From contig CAYUYM010000002.1 in the NCBI GenBank assembly GCA_964449305.1, positions 1 through 62,665 of the forward strand: a stretch of DNA of 62,665 nt, given 5' to 3'. A program made the position numbers and the translations under genes. Below are positions 9,770 through 18,450 of the stretch, piece after piece. The number at the start of each line of letters is the position of its first letter. The stretch's first letter is position 1. The stretch is from an uncultured Chromatiales bacterium. GTDB taxonomy: Bacteria; Bacteroidota; Ignavibacteria; SZUA-365; CAYQST01. The notes under the pieces are model-generated. The model made no database searches, was not told the origin of the DNA, and saw only the letters and a list, made by a program, of their open reading frames with translations.

Positions 9770-11205
9770 GGGAGGGGGTCCTTTCCTGGTGTTCTTGAAT
9801 GACGTGTCCTTCTCTTGTACAGGGCGACGATCTGGGGATCGTCCAACTGTAGGATGCGCCATTCATCCGGATGGTTCACCCGGACCTGGTCGATGACCTC
9901 GATGAGGCGGTCGTCGTGCCCGCATTTGTGGAGCGAGCGGACCAGAAGCAGGCCGATCCCGTCCCACATGGCATCAAGCTCGTGCGTTCGTTCGGCGGCT
10001 TCGAGGGCGTCCTCAAAGCGCCCGGCCTCAAAAAGTGTGTCACCAAGCTCGTACCATGCCTGCGGTGAGGAGGGCTCGAGACGCGTCACCATGTCGTAGG
10101 AATCCAGGCTCTCCGCAAGAAGGTCCAGCTGGTACTCCAGATCCGCCCGTGCCCGCCAGATTTCCGTGGTGAAGGGGGCCACAGTGGTGGCCTGTGTGTA
10201 ATCGGCCAGCGCCTTCTCAAACAGACCGCAGAATTCGAAGGCGGTGGCCCGGTTGAAGAGTGCGTCGGTATGATTCGGGGCGATGGCGAGGGCCTGCGTG
10301 TAGGCGGAGATCGCCTCGTCGTGATGATCCATGTCCTGATACACCGTGCCCAGATTGTACCATGCCTGCTCGTTGGCCGGGTTGAGCGCGATGGACTGCC
10401 GGTAGGCATCGATGGATTCCCCGATGCGATGCACGGCGATGAGGGCGTTGCCCATGTTGAACCAGGCGACGGACATGTCGGGGGCGATGGCAAGGGCCTT
10501 TTCGTAGCTCCGCACCGCCATGCGGTTCCGTCCCATGCGGCTCAGGACGCACCCGTGGTTGTACCACGTGTTCGCATTGAACGGGGCGTGATCGAGGCTT
10601 CTCGTGTAGCTGAACAGGGCATCCTCGAGGGCGTCGAACCCGTCCTGGATGTAGCCGAGCTCAAACCATGCCTCGGCATTCTCCGGATTCCTGCTGATCA
10701 GTTCGCGAAAGAGGAGGATGGCCTCGTCGAAGGCCGCGTCGTGCGAGAGACAGAGGGCCTTGTGCAGCAGGGCGTCCTCGTTCTCAGGTTCCAGGGCCAG
10801 GACCAGGTCGAACCTTGCGAGTGCCTCGGGGTGGTTGCCGTTGGAATCGAGGGCGATGCCGAGGTTGATGAGGATCTCCACGTCATTCGGGTTGAGGGAT
10901 TCTGCATGCTGCAGAGCCGCCACCGCCTCGGGATGGCGACCGAGCTGGTTCAGGACGATGCCCTTCTTTTCCCACACATCGGAGCTGTACGGTGCCATGT
11001 CCTCCCAGATGGCGAGAAATGTGAGCGCCTGCTCATAGTTCCCGTGTTCCAGATGGTAGGAGGCGATGTCTTCAATCAATTCCAGCGTCAATTCGCCCTT
11101 TCGGGCCGAATCGAGAAAATCCTGCAACTCTCGTTCCGAAAAGGCCGGGTCATCGGGGCGGTCAGGGGCGTCGTCGTCAAAGTCGTCAAAATCGGATATG
11201 CTCAT
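9766..11205 (-). CDS. Tetratricopeptide-repeat protein
   Basis: About ten TPRs (AWFNMGNAL, AWYNLGTVY, ALFNRATAF, AWYELGDTL) after an acidic N-terminus MSISDFDDFDDD (start 11205). Confidence 0.88.
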   Translation of the reverse strand: MSISDFDDFDDDAPDRPDDPAFSERELQDFLDSARKGELTLELIEDIASYHLEHGNYEQALTFLAIWEDMAPYSSDVWEKKGIVLNQLGRHPEAVAALQHAESLNPNDVEILINLGIALDSNGNHPEALARFDLVLALEPENEDALLHKALCLSHDAAFDEAILLFRELISRNPENAEAWFELGYIQDGFDALEDALFSYTRSLDHAPFNANTWYNHGCVLSRMGRNRMAVRSYEKALAIAPDMSVAWFNMGNALIAVHRIGESIDAYRQSIALNPANEQAWYNLGTVYQDMDHHDEAISAYTQALAIAPNHTDALFNRATAFEFCGLFEKALADYTQATTVAPFTTEIWRARADLEYQLDLLAESLDSYDMVTRLEPSSPQAWYELGDTLFEAGRFEDALEAAERTHELDAMWDGIGLLLVRSLHKCGHDDRLIEVIDQVRVNHPDEWRILQLDDPQIVALYKRRTRHSRTPGKDPLP

Positions 11206-11395
11206 GGGTCTCGTGATTTCTGGGGTCGGTTTCAAAAAAAACTTATCGCTAATCCGGCCGAAATGCAAGAGATAATTGCCGTACCAGCCCGCCAGGATGG
11301 TGCAGGCGTGTGACAGTCCTGTTTCACGACAAGCTAATTCATTGATTCCTAAACAGAATACGCGTAGTTTGCAATGCTTTTTCTGAAGTGCACCC

Positions 11396-11728
11396 ATGGA
11401 CCATCCACACCCCTGCATCGTTGTTCTTTCCGCCGGCTCCGAAGAGGAGGCCCGGTTGCTTGCCACCTCCCTCGTGGAGGAACGGCTCGTGGCCTGCTGC
11501 ACCCGCATCCCCGGCGCCACGTCGTGGTACATGTGGCAGGGGCGGATGGAGGAGGCGCAGGAGTGCATCCTCCTGTGCAAGACCTTCAGCGACCGGGTGG
11601 TGGAGTTGCAGCGGCGCGTTGTCGAGCTGCATTCCCACGAGGTCCCGGAAATCATCACCGTGCCCGCATCCCACGTCTCCGCATCCTACCTCGCATGGAT
11701 GAGGAACACGCTGGGGGCGGATCAGTAA
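11396..11728 (+). CDS. cutA: Divalent-cation tolerance protein CutA
   Basis: [39 protein letters not shown]. Confidence 0.92.
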   Translation: MDHPHPCIVVLSAGSEEEARLLATSLVEERLVACCTRIPGATSWYMWQGRMEEAQECILLCKTFSDRVVELQRRVVELHSHEVPEIITVPASHVSASYLAWMRNTLGADQ

Positions 11729-11762
11729 CCTTTTCACACGCAGCAGAGGGGATTCCCGACAT

Positions 11763-12701
11763 ATGGCGAAAATCATCGCAATCGCAAATCAGAAGGGTGG
11801 AGTCGGAAAAACAACGACGTCGGTCAACCTTGCCGCCAGCCTCGCCGTGGCCGAACGGAAGACGCTGCTGATCGACATCGATCCGCAGGCGAATGCCTCC
11901 AGCGGACTTGGCGTCGACCCCGGCTCCTGCCCCGTGACGATCTACGAGATCCTGATCAACAACGAGGACCCGCGGAACGGGATCAACCACACGGAGCTGC
12001 CCTTCCTCGATGTGATCTCCTCGCACATCAACCTCGTCGGCGCGGAGATCGAGATGATCAACGTCCCTCACCGCGAGCACGTGCTCCGCACCGCGGTGGA
12101 GAACCTGCGGTCGATGTACGACTACATCGTGATCGACTGCCCGCCGTCCCTCTCCCTGCTCACGCTCAATTCGCTCACCGCCTCCGACGCCGTGCTCATC
12201 CCGGTGCAATGCGAGTACTATGCCCTCGAGGGCCTCGGCAAACTCCTCAACACCATCAACATCGTCCGCAAGCAGTTGAACAGGAACCTGCGGATCGAGG
12301 GCGTGCTTCTCACCATGTTCGACTCCCGCCTGCGCCTCTCGAAGCAGGTGGCCGAGGAGGTGCACAAGTACTTCGGGGGGAAGGTGTTCCACACCGTGAT
12401 CATGCGGAATGTGCGCCTGAGCGAGGCTCCCAGCTTCGGCAAGCCGGTCATCCTCTATGACGCCATGTCCATCGGTTCCCAGAACTACATCGATCTGGCG
12501 CAGGAGATCATGGAGCTTGAGGAGATGCCCCAGACGCCCATTCTCCATGCCCACGATGATGCCGCACTTGCCGCCCCCACGGGCTTCACCTCTCCTCCGC
12601 AGTTCGATGCGGGTGATGCCGGGGAAGCCGGGCCTCCTTCCGATTCCGGTTCACCAGCCACTCCCATCACCCCGGCTTCACCTCCCACGGTGACACCGTG
12701 A
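11763..12701 (+). CDS. parA: Chromosome-partitioning ATPase ParA/Soj with a Pro/Ala-rich C-terminal tail
   Basis: [10 protein letters not shown] deviant Walker [44 protein letters not shown]. Confidence 0.96.
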   Translation: MAKIIAIANQKGGVGKTTTSVNLAASLAVAERKTLLIDIDPQANASSGLGVDPGSCPVTIYEILINNEDPRNGINHTELPFLDVISSHINLVGAEIEMINVPHREHVLRTAVENLRSMYDYIVIDCPPSLSLLTLNSLTASDAVLIPVQCEYYALEGLGKLLNTINIVRKQLNRNLRIEGVLLTMFDSRLRLSKQVAEEVHKYFGGKVFHTVIMRNVRLSEAPSFGKPVILYDAMSIGSQNYIDLAQEIMELEEMPQTPILHAHDDAALAAPTGFTSPPQFDAGDAGEAGPPSDSGSPATPITPASPPTVTP

Positions 12702-13621
12702 ACCAGCAGAAATCGAAGAACGTCCTGGGCAAGGGCCTCGGCGCCCTCCTGCGCACGCTTCCCCCGGAGGAGGTCGAGCCGGTCACCACGCGCCCCGAAG
12801 CCATCCCGGAGGATGACGGCGAGACGGTGGGCATCCTTGCCCATGTGGAGATCGACCGCATCGAGCCCAATCCCTACCAGCCACGCCTGGAATTCAACGA
12901 GGCCGCCCTCAATGAGCTCGCCGAGTCCATCCGGCAGAACGGACTTGTCCAGCCCGTGACGGTGCGCCGCCACAACGGCGACTTCCAGCTCATCAGCGGG
13001 GAGCGCCGCCTCCGCGCATGCCGGCTGGCGGGCGTGACGCACATCCCCGCCTACATCCGCCGCGTCGACACGCGCGAGGAGATGATCGAGCTCTCCCTCA
13101 TCGAGAACATCCAGAGGGAGCATCTCAACCCGGTGGAAATCGCGGTCTCCTACAAGCGCCTCATGGATGAATGCGACTATTCGCACGACATGATCGCCCA
13201 CAAGATGGGCAAGGACCGCAGCACGGTGGTGAACTTCATCCGCCTGCTCAAGCTGCCGGAACAGATCGTCGATTCCATCCGCAAGAACGAGATCTCCATG
13301 GGGCACGCCCGCGCGCTTGTCAACCTGCCCTCGCGCGAAAGCCAGCTGCGCCTGTGGAGGAGGATCCTCACCGACAGCCTCTCGGTGCGAAAAGTGGAGG
13401 ACCTGGTGCGCCATGATCCTGCAAAGACGCCGTCCACACGCAGGGCCACCCCGGCGCAGGACGAGAACGTCCGCGCGCTCGAAGCCCGCCTGCGGGCCGT
13501 GTATGGAACAAAGGTGCGCGTGGAGCGTTCATCGAGAAACACCGGCACCATCACGCTCGATTTCTATTCCCTCGACGATCTTGAACGCATACTCGACATC
13601 CTTCTCACCACCCCGCAATGA
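12698..13621 (+). CDS. parB: Chromosome-partitioning protein ParB/Spo0J
   Basis: [10 protein letters not shown]-terminus, [15 protein letters not shown] (GxRR), [33 protein letters not shown] overlap with parA. Confidence 0.96.
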   Translation: MNQQKSKNVLGKGLGALLRTLPPEEVEPVTTRPEAIPEDDGETVGILAHVEIDRIEPNPYQPRLEFNEAALNELAESIRQNGLVQPVTVRRHNGDFQLISGERRLRACRLAGVTHIPAYIRRVDTREEMIELSLIENIQREHLNPVEIAVSYKRLMDECDYSHDMIAHKMGKDRSTVVNFIRLLKLPEQIVDSIRKNEISMGHARALVNLPSRESQLRLWRRILTDSLSVRKVEDLVRHDPAKTPSTRRATPAQDENVRALEARLRAVYGTKVRVERSSRNTGTITLDFYSLDDLERILDILLTTPQ

Positions 13622-13744
13622 TCCGGCCTCCCGTCAGGCACACGGATCCACTTGGTCTGCTTCGTTTTTATCCCCGCATTTCTTACCTTCCCTCCCACCT
13701 GCCTGCCAATGATTTGGTCGCCCATTCATAACCACCGATCTGCC

Positions 13745-14764
13745 ATGAAAAACATCGCTTCGCTTCTCCTGGTTGTCATTCTCGGTATCCTCACGGTCTC
13801 CACCAGCCTCCCGGCACAGGATCTCAACCCTGTCGTCTATGCGGCCCTGTATGACGAGGGCAACATCGGCGTGATCAACCCCCTCAACGGGAAGCTCATC
13901 CAGCGCATCCAGGTGGGCCGCCATCCGGATGCGGTGGTCCTCAATGCCGCCTCCACACGGCTGTTCGTGTGCAACAGCGGGGAAATCACCGTGTCGGTGG
14001 TCGACATCCCCACCAACCGTGTGGCACAGGTTCTGCGTCTGCCAATCCTCCGCCGTGGCATCACGGCCGGTGCAATGACCCACACACCCGATGGAAAAAC
14101 GATCTACGTGGCCGAACGCTCGTCCACCGATCTTCCGCTGAATGTCTACGCCATCGATGTGGAGAGGGAGATGATCACCGGGCAGTTCGAGGCTGGTCCG
14201 TCCATCAGCGCCATGTCTGTGTCCCACGACGGTGCGCGTCTGTTCATCGTCCACCAGGGCCGGGGAATCAGCGTGTTCAACACGGGAACCATGAAGAAGG
14301 AGAAGGACATCCCCACGCTCGAGGGCATGACAGCCACAGTGACAGGCGTTGCGTGCAGCCCCACCGCCCCCAAGGCCTATGTGAGCTACGGCACCGCGAA
14401 CATGATTCAGATCATCAACACGGCGTCTCTCGAAGTCACCGGGAAGATCGCGATGCCCAAGTACCACACGGGCTCGCAGTTCGACGTGCTGTTCAGCCCC
14501 GATGGCGCCCGCGCCTTCGTCATCAACCGCAGGACCAACCTCAAGGAGGTCGACGGCATCAATGTGATCCGCAGCTCCGACGATGCGGTGATCAAGCTGT
14601 TCAATTCCGGCAACATCATGCGCGGCATGTTCGTGACCCCCGACAACAAGAGCTTCTACGTCGCTTCGGCGGATCTCAAGTGGTACAACCTCGAGTCCCT
14701 CGAACACATCAAGTCCATTTCGCTCAAGACCCAGATCGCCGGCATCGCCGTCATCTTCAAGTGA
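13745..14764 (+). CDS. Secreted YncE/YVTN-type beta-propeller protein
   Basis: Signal peptide, VGRHPDAV, LFVCNSG...VSVVD, repeated TPDGKTIYV / SPDGARAFV blades. Confidence 0.8.
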   Translation: MKNIASLLLVVILGILTVSTSLPAQDLNPVVYAALYDEGNIGVINPLNGKLIQRIQVGRHPDAVVLNAASTRLFVCNSGEITVSVVDIPTNRVAQVLRLPILRRGITAGAMTHTPDGKTIYVAERSSTDLPLNVYAIDVEREMITGQFEAGPSISAMSVSHDGARLFIVHQGRGISVFNTGTMKKEKDIPTLEGMTATVTGVACSPTAPKAYVSYGTANMIQIINTASLEVTGKIAMPKYHTGSQFDVLFSPDGARAFVINRRTNLKEVDGINVIRSSDDAVIKLFNSGNIMRGMFVTPDNKSFYVASADLKWYNLESLEHIKSISLKTQIAGIAVIFK

Positions 14765-14789
14765 TCCCCCGGCCGGATCCTTCCCGCCT

Positions 14790-15365
14790 GTGAGGTCGTT
14801 CACGCCGTCACCCTTCCGCCGGAGCCGCGCTGCATCCACTGCGCTCCGTGTGGTTGCGCTTCTTGTGCTGGCGTGGTCGCTGTCCCTGCCCATTCATCAG
14901 CACGTCTGCACGATGTCCGCCGCCTGTGGCGGGGAGCACGGCTGCCAGGAGTGCGGGAGGCCCACCATGCCCGCCCTGCCATCGATCGCCGTGAACTCCG
15001 CCGCTGAGGACGCGTCCTGCTGCGCCGATGCCCCGGTCGTGGAGGAGCCATCCTCCTGCTGTGCCGGTGATCCGGCATCCGTCGCGGATGAGACCGCGGA
15101 TCCGGTGCAAGCCTGCACCACGCCTCCCGAGGCCGGCCTCCCTGCCTTCGCCGCCATGCCGTGCTGCTCCGACGAACTCGTCACGGCCGGAGGTGGCGTC
15201 GACATCACCACCCCCACGGCCGCCGAAAGCGGCGCCCCGCTGGGGGCCACCGCACTGCCGCCCGCCACCAGCTCCCTCTCCGGTGGCATGGATGCCGCGG
15301 GATCGCTTCCCGGCTCCGTGCGACCACCCGGACCCGCCGCTCTGCCGCTCGTCCTTCGAATCTGA
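14790..15365 (+). CDS. Cys-rich exported protein resembling the HYC_CC_PP family, upstream of the metal-efflux operon
   Basis: Signal-like helix, HQHVC, three CC pairs, C-terminal RPP...LVLRI. Position directly 5' of tolC-cusB-cusA. Confidence 0.6.
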   Translation: MRSFTPSPFRRSRAASTALRVVALLVLAWSLSLPIHQHVCTMSAACGGEHGCQECGRPTMPALPSIAVNSAAEDASCCADAPVVEEPSSCCAGDPASVADETADPVQACTTPPEAGLPAFAAMPCCSDELVTAGGGVDITTPTAAESGAPLGATALPPATSSLSGGMDAAGSLPGSVRPPGPAALPLVLRI

Positions 15366-15531
15366 CATTCTCCCACGCATTTTCCGCCGGGGCGGGGCCT
15401 GAACGCTCCGCCGCCGTGCGGCAGATGCCCCGTCCGCCCGACAGCCTTCCCCTCCGGAATGCCGCGGGCGTTCGCCGTGTTGTGGGGAGATGAAGCGGTC
15501 AACGTACACACGATTCAACGGAAGAAACGAC

Positions 15532-16830
15532 ATGCAGCATACAGACCAATCCCATGGGATGCCTGCCCTGGCCCGGCGACACATCGTGCGGTGCCGTGGA
15601 GGACTCCTCATCCTGTCGGTGCTTGCGGCCCTCGCGCCCGCACCGATGAACGCCCAGACCCTCGACGCCATGATCGCCCGGGCGCTCGAACACCATCCGT
15701 CGATCAGGGCGGCGGAGAGCGACATGGCCGGTGCACGCGCCCTGGCGCGCGGCGCCGATGCATGGCCCGAGCCGGAGTTCGGCTTCGAGTTCATGGGGAC
15801 TCCCATCACCTCATTCAATCCGATCGCCGATGCGATGGAGTACGACTGGTCGCTGACCCAGATGATCCATTTCCCCGGCAGGCTCGGCCTCATGGGCGAC
15901 ATGGCGCGCCTGCGCTCGGGCATGGTGGCGGAGACCGCCGAGGCGGTGCGCCGTGAGGTGATCCGCCAGGTGCGCGAGGCGCATGCCATGCTCCACGCCG
16001 AACAGCGCCACGAGGCCATCAACGACGAGCAGGAGCGCACGATGCTCGGGATCATCGAGGCGGAGCGCTCGCGCTTTGCGGTGGCGCAGGCCACGCAGGC
16101 CGATCTGTCGCGCCTCGAGGTGGAGCTCCTGCAACTGCGCAACGAACGGACGGACGTGCGGCTCGCGCTGGGCCAGGCCTGGGCCATGCTCCGCTCCCTC
16201 GCGGCCGTGGATGGTGCCCTTCCTCCGGGTGCGGTGGAGCCCCCCCCCACGCCCGCACCGCCGCCGTCGTCGCAGGCACTGGAGGATTCCGCCCTCGCCC
16301 GCAATCCCGCCTACCGCGCCATGCAGCTCGAACTCGACATGCGACGCACCGACCTCACCCTGGCGCGCCGGGAATGGCTGCCCGATCTCATGGTGCGGGG
16401 CGTGTACAAGCAGCTCCCCATGGGCAGGACCGATGCCTGGTCCGTGATGTTCGGCTTTGCCATCCCCATCGCGCCATGGAGCAGCCCGCGGCGGGTGGCA
16501 CGGGAGGAGGGCGCAGAGCTGTCCCTCCGCTCCGCCGGTGAGCAGTTGCAGGCGATGGAGGCGATGCTCCGCTACCGCGTGCATGCCGCCTGGCTCCAGA
16601 GCACCGCCCTCTGGGAGCGCCTCACCCGACATCGCATGGAGCTGCTGCCGCGGGCCACGGAAAGCCTCGCCGGCCAGCTCGCATTGTTCCGCACCAACCA
16701 GGGCGGCCTGCTCGGGCTTCTCGATGCCTGGCGCATGGTCAAAATGTACACCATGGAGGCGGTGATGATTGAGGCGGGATACGTCTCCGCACTCGCCCGC
16801 CTCGAGGAACTCGTCGGAGGAGCGTCATGA
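15532..16830 (+). CDS. TolC/CusC-like outer-membrane efflux protein
   Basis: ALEHHPSIRAA, WPEPEF, WSLTQMIHFPG, REWLPDL, IPIAPWS. Heptad-rich helices. Start is 15532 or 15490. Confidence 0.88.
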   Translation: MQHTDQSHGMPALARRHIVRCRGGLLILSVLAALAPAPMNAQTLDAMIARALEHHPSIRAAESDMAGARALARGADAWPEPEFGFEFMGTPITSFNPIADAMEYDWSLTQMIHFPGRLGLMGDMARLRSGMVAETAEAVRREVIRQVREAHAMLHAEQRHEAINDEQERTMLGIIEAERSRFAVAQATQADLSRLEVELLQLRNERTDVRLALGQAWAMLRSLAAVDGALPPGAVEPPPTPAPPPSSQALEDSALARNPAYRAMQLELDMRRTDLTLARREWLPDLMVRGVYKQLPMGRTDAWSVMFGFAIPIAPWSSPRRVAREEGAELSLRSAGEQLQAMEAMLRYRVHAAWLQSTALWERLTRHRMELLPRATESLAGQLALFRTNQGGLLGLLDAWRMVKMYTMEAVMIEAGYVSALARLEELVGGAS

Positions 16831-18410
16831 TCACCACCATTCAACCGAAGGAGATCGTCGTGAAATGCATCGTCATCGTCTTCCTGGTCCTGGCCATGCT
16901 GCCGGGCTGCTCCACAAGGGAGCAGGAGGGCGCAGCAGCATCCGGAGAGGCGGCCGGACAGTACACCTGCCCCATGCATCCATCCGTGCTCAGCGACCGC
17001 CCCGGTGCCTGCCCGGTGTGCAACATGGCCCTGGTCAGGAAATCCGCCCAGAAGGAGATGAGCGCCGGGGAGGAGGCCATGCTCCGCACCGTCACGCTCT
17101 CGCCCTCCCAGCGCGTGCTCGCCAATGTGGCCACCACCCAGGTTGCGATGCGGGCGCTGGCGCGCGAGATCGCCCTCCCCGGTGTGGTGGATCATGCCGA
17201 ACCGCTCCAGGCCACCATCACCTCACGCGTCCGCGGCCGTGTGGAGAAGCTGCATGTCAACACCACGGGCGGGGTCGTCCGCCGCGGCGGCGCGCTCTGC
17301 GACATCTACAGCCCGGACCTCATCACCGCGCAGCAGGAGTATCTCACGATGCTGACCACCACCTCCGGGGCGACCGGCGGGGATGCCTCCACGCATGGCA
17401 GCATCCTCGCCACTGCGCGGCGACGCCTCCTCGATCACTTCGGGATGTCGGAAGCCCAGGTGCAGGAGCTGGAAACGACGCGCAGGGTGCGTGAGACCGT
17501 GACCATCCACACGACCATCGGCGGCACCGTCGTGCGCAAGGAGGTGCGCGAAGGGCAGTATGTGGCCGAGGGCGGCGTCCTGTTCCAGATCAGCGATCTC
17601 TCCCGCGTCTGGGTGTATGCCGAGGTGGGGGAGGGCGACCTGCGCTTCGTCCGCAGGGGACAGCCGGTGACCCTCCGTGCCGACGCCTGGCCGGGCGTGG
17701 CCTTCCAGGGGAGCGTCACCTTCATTGATCCCGTCGTGAACACGGCGACACGCACCGTGCGTGTGCGTGCTGAGTTCCCCAACGACGGAGGCCGCCTGAA
17801 ACCTGGCATGTTTGTCCAGGCCGTCATCGGCGCGTCGGTGGGGGCCGTGACGGCGGTGCCCACCACGGCCATCATCAACACCGGCACACGGTCCGTCGTG
17901 TGGGTGGAGGCGCGAAGCAACCAGTTTGAACCGCGCACGGTGACGACGGGCATCCGCTCCGAGGGGTTCACCGAGATCACGTCCGGCCTCTCGGAGGGGG
18001 AAACGGTGGTCGTTTCCGGTGGCTATCTCATCGATTCGGAGTCGCAGCTCCAGAATCCCGATGCCTGGCGTGCGGCCAACACCGCGCCGGCTCCTGCAAC
18101 GGGCTCCGCGGAACCGCCCGCGGCAGCCGATGCCGGCACGCCGGTGCGCACCATACGCATCACCGTGGATCTCGGCTACGAGCCAGAGGTCATCCGCGTG
18201 AAGAAGGGTGAAACGGTCCGGCTCCTGTTTGACCGGAAGGAGGATTCCGAGTGCAGTGAGGAGGTCGTGTTCAAGGACTTCGGCATCAAGCGCTTCCTCC
18301 CCGCCTTCAAGGCGACGCCCATCCTCCTCACACCGACAAATGCCGGAACCTTCACCTTCTCCTGCGGCATGGACATGCTGCACGGCAGACTCATCGTGGA
18401 GGAGAAATGA
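16827..18410 (+). CDS. cusB: CusB-type RND periplasmic adaptor with N-terminal heavy-metal-binding domain and C-terminal cupredoxin domain
   Basis: Lipobox LPGC, YTCPMHP...CPVCNMAL, IYSPDLITAQQEY, FIDPVVN..TRTV.VR, LKPGMFV. C-terminal GYEPEVIRVKKG...C...FSCGMDMLHG. Confidence 0.9.
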   Translation: MITTIQPKEIVVKCIVIVFLVLAMLPGCSTREQEGAAASGEAAGQYTCPMHPSVLSDRPGACPVCNMALVRKSAQKEMSAGEEAMLRTVTLSPSQRVLANVATTQVAMRALAREIALPGVVDHAEPLQATITSRVRGRVEKLHVNTTGGVVRRGGALCDIYSPDLITAQQEYLTMLTTTSGATGGDASTHGSILATARRRLLDHFGMSEAQVQELETTRRVRETVTIHTTIGGTVVRKEVREGQYVAEGGVLFQISDLSRVWVYAEVGEGDLRFVRRGQPVTLRADAWPGVAFQGSVTFIDPVVNTATRTVRVRAEFPNDGGRLKPGMFVQAVIGASVGAVTAVPTTAIINTGTRSVVWVEARSNQFEPRTVTTGIRSEGFTEITSGLSEGETVVVSGGYLIDSESQLQNPDAWRAANTAPAPATGSAEPPAAADAGTPVRTIRITVDLGYEPEVIRVKKGETVRLLFDRKEDSECSEEVVFKDFGIKRFLPAFKATPILLTPTNAGTFTFSCGMDMLHGRLIVEEK

Positions 18411-18450
18411 TGTCGATTGTCAACAGCCCCACCTTGATGCCGGAGCGGCC

